The notes below the pieces were generated by a model that did no database searches, had not been told where the DNA came from, and saw only the letters and a program-made list of their open reading frames with translations. A stretch of DNA of 32,000 bases from Candidatus Saccharimonadota bacterium. Lineage in GTDB: Bacteria; Bacteroidota; Bacteroidia; Flavobacteriales; Blattabacteriaceae. The stretch is from NCBI RefSeq assembly GCF_014252315.1, contig NZ_CP059216.1:418038-450037 (forward strand), in the 5' to 3' direction. The translations under genes and the position numbers were made by a program. The first letter of the stretch is position 1. Each line of letters begins with the position of its first letter. This document shows, in pieces, positions 8,769 through 21,533 of the stretch.

Positions 8769-11700
8769 TCAAGATAAATCAATATTTTCATATTCTTTTA
8801 ATCCAGTACCAGCAGGTATTTTATGTCCTACTATAACATTTTCTTTTAATCCATGTAAATAATCAGTTTTACTACTTATTGCTGCTTCACTTAAAACTTT
8901 TGTTGTTTCTTGAAATGATGCAGCAGAAATAAAAGATTTTGTTTGTAATGCAGATCTAGTTATTCCTTGTAATATTGGTCTTGCAGTAGCTGGAACTGAA
9001 TTTCTTGCTTTTATTAATTTTTTATTTTTATATTTTAAAATAATATTTTCATTTCTAATATTTCTACTATAAATCATATCTCCTTTTTTAAATGAAAAAG
9101 AATCTCCTAAATCTTCAATTATTTTCATATTAGAAATTCTATCATTTTCTTCTATAAAATCATCTTTATATTCGATACTTCCTTCTAAAAATTTAGAATC
9201 TCCTACATCTATAACTTCCACTTTTCTCATCATTTGTAATACTATAATTTCAAAATGTTTATCATTAATTTTTACCCCCTGTAAACGATAAACCTCTTGT
9301 ATTTCTTGTATTAAATACTCTTGAACAGCTCTAGGTCCTCTAATATTTAATATATCATTAGGAGTAACAGCTCCATCTGATAATGGCATTCCTGCTTTTA
9401 CATAATCATTTTCTTGAACAAGTATTTGATTAGATAATTTAACCATATATTTTCTAATTTCTCCATTTTTAGATTCTACAATAATTTCTCTATTTCCTCT
9501 TTTTATTTTTCCATGACTAACAATTCCATCTATTTCTGAAACAACTGCAGGATTTGATGGATTTCTTGCTTCAAATAATTCAGATAAACGAGGTAATCCT
9601 CCAGTAATATCAGCAGATTTAGCAGATCTTCTTGGAATTTTAACTAAAATTTTTCCTATTTCTATTTTTTCACCATCACTTACCATAATATGAGCTCCTA
9701 CAGGTAAATTATATATTTTTAATTCCTCATTATTTTCATTTATAATTTTTAATATAGGAACTAAATTTTTATTTCTTACTTCTGTTACAACTTTTTCTTG
9801 AAATCCTGTTTGTTCATCTGTTTCAACTTGAAAAGTTACTCCTTGTTCTAAATTTTGATAAGATATTATTCCAGAAAATTCTGCAATAATAACTGCATTA
9901 TACAAATCCCATTTACATATAACATCTCCTTTTTTTACATATTCTCCATTTTCAAAATATAAATATGCTCCATAAGGTATATTATTTGTCATTAATAACG
10001 AAGATTTTTTATCATCAAATATTTTCATTTCTGTTGTTCTAGATATTACTATTTTTATTTCTTTTGAATCTAATTTTTTTTTGATAAATTTTAAATCTTC
10101 AAATTCTATTATTCCGTTATATTTACTTATTATATTAGAAGATTCAGTTATAGTTCCAGCTGTTCCTCCAACATGAAATGTTCGTAAAGTTAATTGTGTT
10201 CCAGGTTCTCCAATAGATTGTGCAGCTATAACACCAACAGCTTCTCCTTTTTGTACCATTTTTCCAGTAGATAAATTTCTTCCATAACATTTAGAACAAA
10301 TTCCCATTTTTGCTTCACAAGTTAATGGAGAACGAACTTCTACAGAAGTAATTCCAGATTTTTCAATTAAATTTGCAATTTTTTCATCAATCATTTCTCC
10401 AGAAGAAACTATAATTTTATTATTATTTTTTATGGAAAATACATCATTTAAAGAAATACGACCTAAAATTCTATTTGATAAATTTTCAACTATTTCTTCA
10501 TTTTTTTTTAAAGCAAAAATTTCTAGCCCTCTCAATGTACTACAATCTTCTATTTTAATTATAACATCCTGTGCTGCATCTACTAATCTTCTAGTAAGAT
10601 AACCAGCATCTGCTGTTTTTAAAGCTGTATCTGCCAACCCTTTTCTTGCTCCATGTGTAGAAATAAAATATTCCAAAATTGAAAGACCTTCTCTAAAATT
10701 TGATGTAATAGGATTTTCAATTATTTCTCCTCCAATAGATCCCGTTTTTTGAGGTTTAGCCATTAATCCTCTCATTCCAGAAAGTTGTCTTATTTGTTCT
10801 TTAGATCCTCTAGCTCCAGAATCTAACATCATATATACTGGATTAAATCCTTTTTTATCTTCACGCATATATTGCATTACTTTTTCTGTTAGAATTACAT
10901 TTGTATTAGTCCATATATCTATTATTTGATTATAACGTTCATTATTTGTAATTAATCCCATATTATAATTATGTTCTACATTATCAACTTTTTTAATTGC
11001 ATGATTTACCATAATTTTTTTTATATCAGGAATAATAATATCTCCTAATCCAAATGATAATCCTCCTTTAAATGCATTATAAAATCCTAATTCTTTAATA
11101 TCATCTAAAAATTTAACAGTAGTTGGAATATTTGTAATATTTAATATTCTTCCTATTATTTCTCTTAACGATTTTTTAGTAAGAGATTCGTTAATAAATC
11201 CTACTTTTTTAGGAACTACCTGATTAAATAAAACTCTTCCTACTGTTGTTTCTATCAATTTATTATAAATTTTATCTTCTTCTCTAATATTTACTTTTAC
11301 TTTTATTAAAGAATGAAGATTTACAATTTTTTGATTATAAGCTATTTCTACTTCTTCTGGAGAGTAAAATATTAAACATTTACTATAGTCTGATGATAAT
11401 GGTTTAGTCATATAATATAATCCTAATACCATATCCTGAGAAGGGACCGTAATAGGCTCTCCATTTGCAGGATTCAATATATTTTGAGAAGCTAACATTA
11501 ATAATTGAGCTTCTAATATTGCTATATTAGATAAAGGAAGATGTACAGCCATTTGATCTCCATCAAAATCTGCATTAAAAGCAGCACATACTAAAGGATG
11601 TAATTGAATAGCTTTTCCTTCTATTAATTTAGGTTGAAAGGCTTGAATTCCTAATCTATGTAATGTTGGGGCTCTGTTTAAAAGAACAGGATGTCCTTTT

Positions 11701-12983
11701 AAAACATTTTCCAATATATCCCATATTACAGAATCTCTTTTATCAATTATTTTTTTAGCAGACTTAACTGTTTTAACTATTCCTCTTTCTATTAATTTTC
11801 TTATAATAAATGGTTTATATAATTCTGCAGCCATATCCTTAGGTAATCCACATTCATGTAACTTTAAATTAGGACCAACTACAATAACTGATCTTGCAGA
11901 ATAATCTACTCTTTTTCCTAGTAAATTTTGTCTAAAACGACCTTGTTTTCCTTTTAAAGCATCTGATAAAGATTTTAAAGGACGATTTGCTTCTGATTTA
12001 ACTGCAGATACTTTTCTAGAATTATCAAATAAAGAATCTACAGATTCTTGTAACATTCTTTTTTCATTTCTAAGAATCACTTCTGGAGCTTTAATTTCTA
12101 TAAGTCTTTTTAATCTATTGTTTCTAATAAGAACACGACGATATAAATCAGTCATATCAGATGCAGCATAACGTCCTCCATCTAATGGAACTAATGGTCT
12201 CAATTCAGGAGGTATAACTGATAATACACGAATTATCATCCAAGTAGGGTTACCTCCTTTTTTTTTACCTTCTTTGAAAGATTCAACTATTTGTAATCTT
12301 TTTAAAGCATCAATTTTTCTTTGTTTAGATGTTTCATTTAATACTTGATTTCTTAATTTATTTGATAAATCATTTAAATCAATACGACTCAATAATCCTT
12401 CTATACATTCAGCACCCATTTTAGCAATAAATTTTTCCGGATCAGATTCATCTAAATTTTGATTAGATTTTGGAATACTTTCTAATACATTTAAATATTC
12501 TTCTTCAGTCAAAAAATCTCCTAATTGAAAATTATATCCATCTAATTTTTCTGCTATTCCACTCTGTATTACAACATATCTTTCATAATAAATTATCATT
12601 TCAAGTTTTTTTGAAGATAACCCCAATAGTGCTCCTATTTTATTTGGAGAAGAACGAAAACACCATATATGAATTACAGGAACAATAAGATTTATATGTC
12701 CCATTCGTTCTCTTCTAACTTTTTTTTCAGTTACTTCTACACCACATCTATCACAAACAATTCCTTTATAACGGATTCTTTTATATTTACCACAAGCACA
12801 TTCATAATCTTTAATAGGACCAAAAATACGTTCACAAAAAAGGCCATCTCTTTCTGGCTTATGAGTTCTATAATTTATTGTTTCTGGTTTTAAAACTTCT
12901 CCATAAGATTCCTTTAATATAACTTCTGGAGAAGATAATCTAATAGTTATTTTATTAAATTTATTGTTTCTTTTTATATTCAT
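8769..12983 (-). CDS. rpoC: DNA-directed RNA polymerase subunit beta'
   Basis: 1404-aa ORF with a zinc-binding CxC...CxxC region near the N-terminus, the catalytic NADFDGDQM motif, and the conserved trigger-loop and bridge-helix regions. Confidence 0.98.
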   Translation of the reverse strand: MNIKRNNKFNKITIRLSSPEVILKESYGEVLKPETINYRTHKPERDGLFCERIFGPIKDYECACGKYKRIRYKGIVCDRCGVEVTEKKVRRERMGHINLIVPVIHIWCFRSSPNKIGALLGLSSKKLEMIIYYERYVVIQSGIAEKLDGYNFQLGDFLTEEEYLNVLESIPKSNQNLDESDPEKFIAKMGAECIEGLLSRIDLNDLSNKLRNQVLNETSKQRKIDALKRLQIVESFKEGKKKGGNPTWMIIRVLSVIPPELRPLVPLDGGRYAASDMTDLYRRVLIRNNRLKRLIEIKAPEVILRNEKRMLQESVDSLFDNSRKVSAVKSEANRPLKSLSDALKGKQGRFRQNLLGKRVDYSARSVIVVGPNLKLHECGLPKDMAAELYKPFIIRKLIERGIVKTVKSAKKIIDKRDSVIWDILENVLKGHPVLLNRAPTLHRLGIQAFQPKLIEGKAIQLHPLVCAAFNADFDGDQMAVHLPLSNIAILEAQLLMLASQNILNPANGEPITVPSQDMVLGLYYMTKPLSSDYSKCLIFYSPEEVEIAYNQKIVNLHSLIKVKVNIREEDKIYNKLIETTVGRVLFNQVVPKKVGFINESLTKKSLREIIGRILNITNIPTTVKFLDDIKELGFYNAFKGGLSFGLGDIIIPDIKKIMVNHAIKKVDNVEHNYNMGLITNNERYNQIIDIWTNTNVILTEKVMQYMREDKKGFNPVYMMLDSGARGSKEQIRQLSGMRGLMAKPQKTGSIGGEIIENPITSNFREGLSILEYFISTHGARKGLADTALKTADAGYLTRRLVDAAQDVIIKIEDCSTLRGLEIFALKKNEEIVENLSNRILGRISLNDVFSIKNNNKIIVSSGEMIDEKIANLIEKSGITSVEVRSPLTCEAKMGICSKCYGRNLSTGKMVQKGEAVGVIAAQSIGEPGTQLTLRTFHVGGTAGTITESSNIISKYNGIIEFEDLKFIKKKLDSKEIKIVISRTTEMKIFDDKKSSLLMTNNIPYGAYLYFENGEYVKKGDVICKWDLYNAVIIAEFSGIISYQNLEQGVTFQVETDEQTGFQEKVVTEVRNKNLVPILKIINENNEELKIYNLPVGAHIMVSDGEKIEIGKILVKIPRRSAKSADITGGLPRLSELFEARNPSNPAVVSEIDGIVSHGKIKRGNREIIVESKNGEIRKYMVKLSNQILVQENDYVKAGMPLSDGAVTPNDILNIRGPRAVQEYLIQEIQEVYRLQGVKINDKHFEIIVLQMMRKVEVIDVGDSKFLEGSIEYKDDFIEENDRISNMKIIEDLGDSFSFKKGDMIYSRNIRNENIILKYKNKKLIKARNSVPATARPILQGITRSALQTKSFISAASFQETTKVLSEAAISSKTDYLHGLKENVIVGHKIPAGTGLKEYENIDLS

Positions 12984-13011
12984 ATCATATTTATAAATTA
13001 GAATAATTATT

Positions 13012-16000
13012 TTATTCTTCTAACTTAATGTCTAACCCCAATCCTTTCAATTCATAACATAATACATTAAAAGATTCTGGATTATTAGGAATAGGCATAT
13101 TTATTCCTTTTACTATTGATTCATAAGTTTTAGCTCTTCCTACAACATCATCTGATTTAACAGTTAATATCTCACGTAATATATTAGATGCACCAAAAGC
13201 CTCTAAAGCCCAAACTTCCATTTCTCCAAATCTTTGTCCTCCAAATTGAGATTTACCACCTAAAGGTTGTTGAGTTATTAAAGAATAAGGACCTATAGAC
13301 CTAGAATGCATTTTATCGTCTACCATATGTCCAAGTTTAAGCATGTATATAATTCCTACAGTTGCTGGTTGGTCAAACCTTTCTCCTGTTAATCCATCAA
13401 ATAAATATGTAGCTCCAAATTTAGGAATTTCAGCTTTTTTAGTATAACTAGATATTTGATTTATAGTTGCTCCATCAAATATAGGAGTAGAAAATTTTGT
13501 ATTTAATTTATACCCAGCCCACCCCAAAACTGTTTCATATATTTGTCCTATATTCATTCTAGAAGGAACACCTAATGGATTTAAAACAATATCTACTGGA
13601 CTACCATCTTCTAAAAATGGCATATCTTCAACTCTAAGAATACGAGCTACTACTCCTTTATTTCCATGTCTTCCAGCCATTTTATCACCAACTTTTAATT
13701 TTCTTTTTTTAGCAATATATACTTTTGCCATTTTAACAATTCCAGAAGGAAGTTCATCTCCAATTGTTATAGAAAATTTTTTATGTTTTAAATCACTATT
13801 TAAATTTATTAATGATATTTTATAATTGTGTAATATTTCAGATATTAAATTATTAATATTATCTTCATTTGTCCAATTACAATTATTTTCAATATAAATT
13901 TTTGTATAATCTTTAACATTTTTTAATAATTCTTTATTAAAAATATCTCCTTTGAAAATAATTTCTTTTTTATTTTCATTATAAATACTGTTATAACATT
14001 TTTTTCCATTTAATATAATATATAATTTATCTATTAATTTAATCCTAATATCTAAAAATTTTTTATTATATTCTTTATCTAAAGATTCTATTAATATTTT
14101 ATCTTTTTCTCTTGATAATTTATTTTTTATACTTCTTGTAAAAAGTTTAGTATCTATTACTATTCCAGACAAAGAAGGTTCTGCTCTTAAAGATGCGTCT
14201 TTAACATTTCCAGCTTTATCCCCGAAAATAGCTCTTAATAATTTTTCTTCTGGAGTTGGATCTGATTCTCCTTTTGGAGTAATTTTTCCAATTAAAATAT
14301 CTCCAGGATTTACTTCTGCTCCAATTCTAATAATTCCATTTTCGTCTAGATTTTTTGTAGAATCTTCACTTACATTAGGAATGTCATTAGTTAATTCTTC
14401 CATTCCTAACTTAGTATCTCTAACCTCTAATGAATATTCATCAATATGAATTGATGTAAACCAATCTTCACTAACTACTTTTTCAGAAATTAATACAGCA
14501 TCTTCAAAGTTATATCCATTACAAGGAATAAATGCTGCTTTTAAATTTTTTCCTAAAGCTAATTCTCCATTTTCTGTTGCATATCCTTCACATAAAAGTT
14601 GACCTTTTTTTATTTTCATATCTTTTTTTACAATAGGCTTTAGATTTATACATGTATTTTGATTAGTTTTACGAAATTTAATAAGATTATAAATTTTAAT
14701 ATTAGAATCAAAACTAACTAAATCTTCTTCTTTAGTTCTTTCATATTCAATTATTATTTTTCTTGAATCCATATATTTTACTATTCCATCTTTTTCTGCA
14801 TTAATTAGTATTCTAGAATCCATTGCTACTTGTTTTTCTACCCCAGTTCCTACTATTGGTGAATCAGGTTTAATTAATGGAACAGCTTGACGCATCATAT
14901 TAGATCCCATAAGAGCCCTATTAGCATCATCATGTTCTAAAAAAGGTATTAAAGATGCTGATATAGATGCTATTTGATTAGGAGCAACATCTACATAATC
15001 AACATCCTTAGGAGTTACTACAGGAAAATCTCCATCTTTTCTAGCAACAATTCTATTAGAAGAAAAATTTCCATTTTTATCTATAGCATTTGATTGAGCT
15101 ATAATTTTACCTTCTTCTTCTTCTGCGCTTAAATATTTTACTGGATAATTAAAATCTATTTTATTATTATCAACTAATCTATATGGAGTTTCTACAAAAC
15201 CCATTTTATTAATTTTTGCAAATACAGAAAGAGAAGAAATCAATCCTATATTTGGCCCCTCTGGAGTTTCTATAGGACATAATCGTCCATAATGAGAATA
15301 ATTAACATCTCTTACTTCAAATCCGGCCCTTTCTCTAGATAATCCTCCAGGACCTAAAGCTGATAATCTTCTTTTATGAGTTATTTCAGATAACGGATTT
15401 GTTTGATCCATAAACTGAGATAATTGATTAGTTCCAAAAAAAGTATTTATTACAGAAGACAAAGTTTTAGAATTAATAAGATCTATTGGCATAAATACTT
15501 CGTTATCTCTAACATTCATTCTTTCTCTTATAGTTCTTGCCATTCTAGCTAATCCAATACTAAATTGAGTATATAATTGTTCTCCAACAGTTCTTACTCT
15601 TCTATTTGATAGATGATCAATGTCATCAACCTCTTTTTTAGAATTAAATAAATCATTTAAATGTTCTATTATAGCTAATATATCTTTTTTTGTTAATACT
15701 AAATAATATGGATCTATATTTAATCCTAATCTTTTATTCAATCTATATCTACCTACAGGGCCTAAACTATATCTAGTATCAGAAAAAAATAATTTATCTA
15801 TTATGCCTCTTGCTGTTTCTTCATCAGGAGGATCAGTATTTCTAAGTTGTTTATAAATATATTCTACTGATTCTATTTCAGAATTTGTCGGATCTTTTTG
15901 TAAAGTATTGTATATAATAGAATAATCTTTTTTCTTTCCATTCTTTTTATGTAATAAAATTGTATTTATTCCATAATTATTTATAATATCTATATGTTCC

Positions 16001-16836
16001 TTTTTTATACATATGTCTCTATCTATTAATACTTTATTTTTTTCTATAGTAACTACTTCTCCTGTATCTTCATCAACAACATCTTCGTTCCATATTTTTA
16101 AAACTCTTTCTGCTAAAGTTCTATTAAGAATATTTTCAATATTATTATTGTTTACTTCTATCTCTTCTGCTAAATCAAATATTTTTAATATATCTCTATC
16201 TCTTTCATATCCTATAGCCCGAAGTAAAGTTGTCATAGGCAATTTTTTTTTTCTATCTATGTATGCATACATAACATTATTAATGTCTGTAGCAAATTCT
16301 ATCCATGATCCTTTAAATGGTATTATTCTTGCTGAATAAAGTTTAGTTCCATTTGCATGATGAGATTGCCCAAAAAATACTCCTGGAGAACGATGTAATT
16401 GAGATACTATAACCCTTTCTGATCCATTAAAAATAAATGATCCAGAAGAAGTCATATAAGGATATGTACCTAAATAAACATCTTGATACACTGTTTCAAA
16501 ATCTTCATGATCAGGATCTGTACAATATAATTTTAATTTAGCTTTTAAAGGAACACTATAAGTTAATCCTCTTTCTATACATTCTTTTATTGTGTATCTA
16601 GGTGGATCAATAGAATAACCTTTAAATTCTAATACAAAAGAATTTCTTGCATCAGATATTGGAAAATTATCCATAAAAGCTTTAAATAGCCCTTCATTTT
16701 TTATATTTTCTGGTTTTGTATCTAGTTGAAAAAAATCTTTAAATGATTTTATTTGAATGTCTAAGAAATCTGGATATTTTGTGTTTCTAGTAACAGATTC
16801 AAAAGTTGTTCTTTCCAATATTTTATCTTTATTCAC
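13012..16836 (-). CDS. rpoB: DNA-directed RNA polymerase subunit beta
   Basis: 1274-aa ORF with conserved RpoB blocks (e.g. [63 protein letters not shown]). It lies immediately upstream of rpoC. Confidence 0.98.
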   Translation of the reverse strand: MNKDKILERTTFESVTRNTKYPDFLDIQIKSFKDFFQLDTKPENIKNEGLFKAFMDNFPISDARNSFVLEFKGYSIDPPRYTIKECIERGLTYSVPLKAKLKLYCTDPDHEDFETVYQDVYLGTYPYMTSSGSFIFNGSERVIVSQLHRSPGVFFGQSHHANGTKLYSARIIPFKGSWIEFATDINNVMYAYIDRKKKLPMTTLLRAIGYERDRDILKIFDLAEEIEVNNNNIENILNRTLAERVLKIWNEDVVDEDTGEVVTIEKNKVLIDRDICIKKEHIDIINNYGINTILLHKKNGKKKDYSIIYNTLQKDPTNSEIESVEYIYKQLRNTDPPDEETARGIIDKLFFSDTRYSLGPVGRYRLNKRLGLNIDPYYLVLTKKDILAIIEHLNDLFNSKKEVDDIDHLSNRRVRTVGEQLYTQFSIGLARMARTIRERMNVRDNEVFMPIDLINSKTLSSVINTFFGTNQLSQFMDQTNPLSEITHKRRLSALGPGGLSRERAGFEVRDVNYSHYGRLCPIETPEGPNIGLISSLSVFAKINKMGFVETPYRLVDNNKIDFNYPVKYLSAEEEEGKIIAQSNAIDKNGNFSSNRIVARKDGDFPVVTPKDVDYVDVAPNQIASISASLIPFLEHDDANRALMGSNMMRQAVPLIKPDSPIVGTGVEKQVAMDSRILINAEKDGIVKYMDSRKIIIEYERTKEEDLVSFDSNIKIYNLIKFRKTNQNTCINLKPIVKKDMKIKKGQLLCEGYATENGELALGKNLKAAFIPCNGYNFEDAVLISEKVVSEDWFTSIHIDEYSLEVRDTKLGMEELTNDIPNVSEDSTKNLDENGIIRIGAEVNPGDILIGKITPKGESDPTPEEKLLRAIFGDKAGNVKDASLRAEPSLSGIVIDTKLFTRSIKNKLSREKDKILIESLDKEYNKKFLDIRIKLIDKLYIILNGKKCYNSIYNENKKEIIFKGDIFNKELLKNVKDYTKIYIENNCNWTNEDNINNLISEILHNYKISLINLNSDLKHKKFSITIGDELPSGIVKMAKVYIAKKRKLKVGDKMAGRHGNKGVVARILRVEDMPFLEDGSPVDIVLNPLGVPSRMNIGQIYETVLGWAGYKLNTKFSTPIFDGATINQISSYTKKAEIPKFGATYLFDGLTGERFDQPATVGIIYMLKLGHMVDDKMHSRSIGPYSLITQQPLGGKSQFGGQRFGEMEVWALEAFGASNILREILTVKSDDVVGRAKTYESIVKGINMPIPNNPESFNVLCYELKGLGLDIKLEE

Positions 16837-16849
16837 TAAATAATATATT

Positions 16850-17227
16850 TTATTTTAATTCAATTTCAGCTCCTATTTTTTCAAATTTATTTTTTATATT
16901 TTCTGCTTCTTCTTTATTTACAGATTCCTTAATTAAATTAGGCAAATTGTCAACTAAATCTTTGGATTCTTTTAATCCTTTTCCAGTAATTTCTTTAACT
17001 AATTTAACGACAGCTAGTTTAGAATTTCCTGAAGATTTTAACATTATATTGAATATATTTTTTGATTCTTTTTCAACATGATTTTCTTTTTTTTCATTTT
17101 TTAATTGTGTAGATTCATTTATAAAACTTTGTGGTTTTATTCCATATTTATTTTTCAATAAATTTGTTAATTCGTTTACTTGTTTTACAGTTAAATTAAT
17201 TAATTGTTCTGCTAACTTTTCTATCAT
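16850..17227 (-). CDS. rplL: 50S ribosomal protein L7/L12
   Basis: 125-aa ORF with the conserved C-terminal domain [21 protein letters not shown]...EEAE..K.K.E..GA..ELK, in the canonical position between rplJ and rpoB. Confidence 0.95.
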   Translation of the reverse strand: MIEKLAEQLINLTVKQVNELTNLLKNKYGIKPQSFINESTQLKNEKKENHVEKESKNIFNIMLKSSGNSKLAVVKLVKEITGKGLKESKDLVDNLPNLIKESVNKEEAENIKNKFEKIGAEIELK

Positions 17228-17249
17228 TTCTATTATTTTTTTTATATTT

Positions 17250-17780
17250 TTATTTAGATAATCCTTTTATAATTCCATACATATTGTTTACTGTTTGTAA
17301 TAATGATAAAATCATATTTTCCAATGGAGATCTAATAATATATATAATATCTGTTATTAAATCTTCTTTAGTTTTAAGATTTATAAGTATGTTTAAATTA
17401 TTATTTCCAACATAGAAAGATTCTTGAACATAAGCAATTTTCAATTTTGGAATTTCTATACCTTTTCGTTCATGAAAATTTTTTATTATTTTAGAAGTTA
17501 TTTTTCCTGTTTTTTTATTTTTAGAAAAAATCATACTTGTGTTTCCTTTTAAACAAGGAATAAAATCGTTTAAGTTTTTATTTTTAACTTTTTTTATAGA
17601 TTTTTTTAATAAAGAATTTTTTACAACTTTCATTTGAATTTTGTTTTCATAAAATTTTTTTCTTAGAAAGAAAATTTGATTTGAATTTAAATTTGATATA
17701 TCAATTAAATATAGAATATCATTGTTAGATAATATATCTGTTAATTCTATCAAAATTTTTTTTTTATAATTTATTTTCAT
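17250..17780 (-). CDS. rplJ: 50S ribosomal protein L10
   Basis: 176-aa ORF in the canonical rplA-rplJ-rplL position. Size and N-terminal pattern are L10-like. Its start ATG overlaps the rplA stop (ATGA, 17777-17780). Confidence 0.9.
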   Translation of the reverse strand: MKINYKKKILIELTDILSNNDILYLIDISNLNSNQIFFLRKKFYENKIQMKVVKNSLLKKSIKKVKNKNLNDFIPCLKGNTSMIFSKNKKTGKITSKIIKNFHERKGIEIPKLKIAYVQESFYVGNNNLNILINLKTKEDLITDIIYIIRSPLENMILSLLQTVNNMYGIIKGLSK

Positions 17781-18487
17781 AATATAATATTTTTAATATT
17801 TTGAAAATCTAGTAAAATACTAGGACTCATACTTGTAGATAAATAAATACTTTTTATATAATCTATATTTTTTAAATAATGAGGAATATTATTTGTAACT
17901 TTTTTTATAAAAAATATTATATTTTCATATAAAATTTTATTTGAAAATGATTTTCTTCCAATTGAAGAATGTACAATTCCATATTTATCTAACTTAAAAA
18001 TTATTTTTCCTAATTGTATTTCTTTGATAGATTCTTCTGGATTATTAGACATAGTTTCTAATTTAGGATTAGGCATTAATCCTTTTGTTCCTAATATTTT
18101 TCCTATAGAATTTAATTCATTTATAACAGAAGGCATAGATATTACTACATTTATTTTATTATCCCACCATCCAGATTTTATTTTTTCTACAAAACTCATT
18201 CCAACGTAATTAGCTCCTAACTCTTTAGATATTTTTTCTTTTTCTTTAGTAACCAAAGCTAAAAAACAATTTTTTTTTCCTGTTTTATGAGGTAATTTTA
18301 CAGTTCCTTTAATTGAATGATTTTGTTTTTTTATATTAAAACGAATTGATATATCTACAGATTCATCAAATTTTGCAAAACTAATATCCTTTATAATAGG
18401 TAAAGATTCTTCTAAAGAATATTTTTTTTCTAGGTTTTTATCTAAAATTTTTTTTATATTTTTTGTTTTTTTCTTATTTTTTGGCAT
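17777..18487 (-). CDS. rplA: 50S ribosomal protein L1
   Basis: 236-aa ORF with L1 motifs (FDESVDISIRFNI, LPH.TGK, LGTKGLMPNPK.ET). It ends with a TGA stop. Confidence 0.95.
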   Translation of the reverse strand: MPKNKKKTKNIKKILDKNLEKKYSLEESLPIIKDISFAKFDESVDISIRFNIKKQNHSIKGTVKLPHKTGKKNCFLALVTKEKEKISKELGANYVGMSFVEKIKSGWWDNKINVVISMPSVINELNSIGKILGTKGLMPNPKLETMSNNPEESIKEIQLGKIIFKLDKYGIVHSSIGRKSFSNKILYENIIFFIKKVTNNIPHYLKNIDYIKSIYLSTSMSPSILLDFQNIKNIIL

Positions 18488-18490
18488 ATT

Positions 18491-18919
18491 TTATTTATAA
18501 ACTTCTATTCCCATAGACCTAGCTGTTCCAGAAACCATTGAAATAGCAGAATCAATTGAAAAACAATTCAAGTCATTCATTTTATATTTAGCAATTAATT
18601 CAATATCATTTAAACTAATTTTTCCAATTTTTATACGATTAGATTCATTAGATCCTTTTTCTTTTCCTATTTTTTCTAATAATAAAAAGGATATTGGAGG
18701 TTTTTTTATTACAAATGTAAAAGATTTATCTTCATAAACATTAATTAAAACAGGACAAAGTTTACCTAAATTATTTTTAGTTTCATAATTATATTTTTTG
18801 CAAAATTCCATTATATTAACACCGGAACTACCTAATATTGGGCCAATAGGAGGTGCAGGAGTAGCTTTACCCCCATTTATTTTTTCTATTTTAATTTTTT
18901 TTATTATTTTTTTTACCAT
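18491..18919 (-). CDS. rplK: 50S ribosomal protein L11
   Basis: 142-aa ORF containing GGKATPAPPIGPILGSSGVNIMEFCKKYN, the hallmark L11 N-terminal domain. Confidence 0.95.
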   Translation of the reverse strand: MVKKIIKKIKIEKINGGKATPAPPIGPILGSSGVNIMEFCKKYNYETKNNLGKLCPVLINVYEDKSFTFVIKKPPISFLLLEKIGKEKGSNESNRIKIGKISLNDIELIAKYKMNDLNCFSIDSAISMVSGTARSMGIEVYK

Positions 18920-18959
18920 ATTTTTTAATCATAAATATTATAAACTTTTTTTTTATACT

Positions 18960-19520
18960 TTATATTTTTTCTATTTGTGTAAAATTTAATTCCAGAGGAG
19001 TTTTTCTTCCAAATATTAATACTGCTAATTCTAATTTCTTTTTTTCTTCATTAATTTTTTCTATTGTTCCATTAAATCCGCTAAAAGGACCATCTATTAC
19101 TTTAATAGTTTCTCCTACAGTAAATGGAACACTTACTAATATATCTTCACATGATTCAGAATCATTTTTTATTTTTCCTAACATTCTTATAACCTCCTCA
19201 TTTCTCATTGGAACAGGATTTGATCTACTCCCTTTACCTTCTCCTAAGAAGGTAATTACTCCAGGAACACTTCTAATTGCATGAATAGCTTCTCCCTCTA
19301 GATTAGCTTCTATAATAACATAACCTGGATAATATACTTTTTCTCTATAAATTCTTTTACCTCTTCTTATTTGAATTATTTTTTCAATAGGAACTAAAAT
19401 TTTTCCAATATCTTCATTAAACCCATTATTTTTAATTTCATTTTCAATATATAATTTAACTTTGTTTTCTTGTCCACTAATGGTTTTTACAACATACCAT
19501 TTTTTTTCTGAATTATTCAT
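18960..19520 (-). CDS. nusG: transcription termination/antitermination factor NusG
   Basis: 186-aa ORF with the NGN domain start KKWYVVKTISGQENKV and a C-terminal KOW region (GETIKVIDGPFSGFNGTIEKI), in the canonical secE-nusG-rplK context. Confidence 0.95.
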   Translation of the reverse strand: MNNSEKKWYVVKTISGQENKVKLYIENEIKNNGFNEDIGKILVPIEKIIQIRRGKRIYREKVYYPGYVIIEANLEGEAIHAIRSVPGVITFLGEGKGSRSNPVPMRNEEVIRMLGKIKNDSESCEDILVSVPFTVGETIKVIDGPFSGFNGTIEKINEEKKKLELAVLIFGRKTPLELNFTQIEKI

Positions 19521-19533
19521 TATTTTAATAATA

Positions 19534-19725
19534 TTAAGTTTTACAGAAAAAAAATTTTTTTATTAAAAAAATAAAAAAAATATCTACTCCATATAAGAAT
19601 ATAGATAAAAATATAGAACAAAAAAATATCAATATTGTTAATTCTTGTAAATTACTCCATTTAGGCCAAGTAATTTTATGAAATAATTCATTGTAAATTT
19701 CATAAAAAAAGTTATTTTTTTTCAT
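19534..19725 (-). CDS. secE: preprotein translocase subunit SecE
   Basis: 63-aa single-TM protein with a KITWPKW..L motif followed by a hydrophobic helix, positioned between tRNA-Trp and nusG. Confidence 0.85.
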   Translation of the reverse strand: MKKNNFFYEIYNELFHKITWPKWSNLQELTILIFFCSIFLSIFLYGVDIFFIFLIKKFFFCKT

Positions 19726-19757
19726 AATACAAAAAACAAAATATAAAAAAATTTTTG

Positions 19758-19832
19758 CACGGATGATAAGAGTCGAACTTACACCTTTCGGTTTTGGAGA
19801 CCGATGCTCTACCTAGTTTAAGCTACATCCGT
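19758..19832 (-). tRNA. tRNA-Trp (anticodon CCA)
   Basis: Reverse-complement cloverleaf: acceptor ACGGATG/CATCCGT, anticodon stem TCGGT/ACCGA, loop CT-CCA-AA, T arm GTAAG-TTCGACT-CTTAT. Confidence 0.9.
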
Positions 19833-19854
19833 AAAACAAAAATATATAAAAATA

Positions 19855-21042
19855 TTAATTAATAATACTAGTTACTTGTCCAGCTCCGACTGTTTTTCCT
19901 CCTTCTCTAATTGCAAATCTAAGTTTTTCACTTAAAGCAATAGGTTGATGTAATTTTACTTTCATTGAAACATTATCTCCTGGCATAACCATTTCTGTTC
20001 CACTTGGTAAATTAATTTCTCCTGTTACATCTGTTGTTCTTAAATAAAATTGAGGTCTATATTTATTATGAAATGGAGTATGTCTACCTCCTTCTTCTTT
20101 TGTAAGAATATATACTTCTGCATTAAATTCTTTATATGGATCTATTGATCCAGGAGCTCCAATAACCATACCTCTTCTAATATCTTTTTTTTCTATACCT
20201 CTTAACAATAGTCCTACATTATCTCCAGCTTGTCCTCTATCCAATATTTTCCTAAACATTTCAACTCCAGTTATTGTAGAATTAAGTTTTTTATCACTCA
20301 TTCCTATTATATCTACTGTATCTCCAGTGTTAATTATACCACTTTCTATTCTTCCAGTAGCTACTGTTCCTCTTCCAGTTATAGTAAAAACATCTTCTAT
20401 AGGCATTAAAAATGGTTTATCCATATTTCTTATTGGATCAGGAATATAATTATCTAATGTATCCATTAGATCTTTAATTTTTTTTATCCATTTATCTTCT
20501 CCATTTAAAGCACCTAAAGCTGATCCTTGTATTATAGGAATATTATCTCCATCATATTCATATTTAGATAATAATTCTCTTATTTCCATTTCTACTAATT
20601 CTAGTAATTCATTATCATCAACTTGATCAACTTTATTTATAAAAACTATAATTTTTGGAACTCCAACTTGACGAGCTAATAAAATATGTTCTCTAGTTTG
20701 AGGCATAGGACCATCTGTAGCTGCAACTACTAAAATAGCTCCATCCATTTGCGCAGCACCTGTTATCATGTTTTTAATATAATCAGCATGTCCTGGACAA
20801 TCTACATGAGCATAATGACGTTTTACCGTTTCATATTCTACATGAGATGTATTTATTGTAATACCCCTTGCTTTTTCTTCTGGAGCATTATCTATAGAAT
20901 CAAAACTTTTTTCTTCAGCTAATCCATCTTTTGACAATACTTTTGTAATAGCAGCAGTTAAAGTTGTCTTACCATGATCCACATGGCCTGTGGTTCCTAT
21001 GTTTAAATGTGGTTTATCTCTTTTAAATTTTTTTTTTGCCAT
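19855..21042 (-). CDS. tuf: translation elongation factor Tu
   Basis: 395-aa ORF with [10 protein letters not shown] (G1), DCPGH (G3), NKVD (G4) and typical EF-Tu domains II and III. Confidence 0.98.
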   Translation of the reverse strand: MAKKKFKRDKPHLNIGTTGHVDHGKTTLTAAITKVLSKDGLAEEKSFDSIDNAPEEKARGITINTSHVEYETVKRHYAHVDCPGHADYIKNMITGAAQMDGAILVVAATDGPMPQTREHILLARQVGVPKIIVFINKVDQVDDNELLELVEMEIRELLSKYEYDGDNIPIIQGSALGALNGEDKWIKKIKDLMDTLDNYIPDPIRNMDKPFLMPIEDVFTITGRGTVATGRIESGIINTGDTVDIIGMSDKKLNSTITGVEMFRKILDRGQAGDNVGLLLRGIEKKDIRRGMVIGAPGSIDPYKEFNAEVYILTKEEGGRHTPFHNKYRPQFYLRTTDVTGEINLPSGTEMVMPGDNVSMKVKLHQPIALSEKLRFAIREGGKTVGAGQVTSIIN

Positions 21043-21081
21043 GATAAAAATTTATTATTAAGTAAGTTGAGTTCAAAAAAA

Positions 21082-21154
<73 letters not shown>

Positions 21155-21184
21155 TATAAATAATAATTATTTATTATTATTTAG

Positions 21185-21257
21185 AGCGGAAGACGGGATT
21201 TGAACCCGCGACATTCAACTTGGAAGGCTGATGCTCTACCAACTGAGCTACTTCCGC
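21185..21257 (-). tRNA. tRNA-Gly (anticodon TCC)
   Basis: Reverse-complement cloverleaf: acceptor GCGGAAG/CTTCCGC, anticodon loop CT-TCC-AA, T arm GCGGG-TTCAAAT-CCCGT. Confidence 0.9.
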
Positions 21258-21301
21258 TTTATTTTTATTATTTATTAAAAAAAAATAATAATAAAAAAAA
21301 A

Positions 21302-21385
21302 TGGGGAGAGTAGGATTCGAACCTACGAAGGCTATGCCAACAGATTTACAGTCTGTCCTCGTTAACCAAACTTGAGTATCTCCCC
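21302..21385 (-). tRNA. tRNA-Tyr (anticodon GTA), class II with long variable arm
   Basis: Reverse-complement cloverleaf: acceptor GGGGAGA/TCTCCCC, anticodon stem ACAGA/TCTGT, loop CT-GTA-AA, long variable arm, T arm GTAGG-TTCGAAT-CCTAC. Confidence 0.9.
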
Positions 21386-21409
21386 AATATTAAAAAAATA
21401 TAAAAAACA

Positions 21410-21483
21410 AGCCGGTGGAGGGATTCGAACCCACGACCCCGAGATTACAAATCACGTGCTCTTACCAACTGAGCTACACCGGC
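21410..21483 (-). tRNA. tRNA-Thr (anticodon TGT)
   Basis: Reverse-complement cloverleaf: acceptor GCCGGTG/CACCGGC, anticodon loop TT-TGT-AA, T arm GTGGG-TTCGAAT-CCCTC. Confidence 0.9.
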
Positions 21484-21533
21484 ATAATAAATATGCATAA
21501 ATACGTAATAATGAAAATCAGGACGATACAAAT

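Noticed and set aside
19758-19832. Possible alternative genetic code (UGA=Trp), as in other tiny-genome insect symbionts.
   Set aside because: The tRNA-Trp anticodon is CCA. rplA terminates with TGA at the position where rplJ starts. All conserved genes translate full length under table 11 without in-frame TGA.
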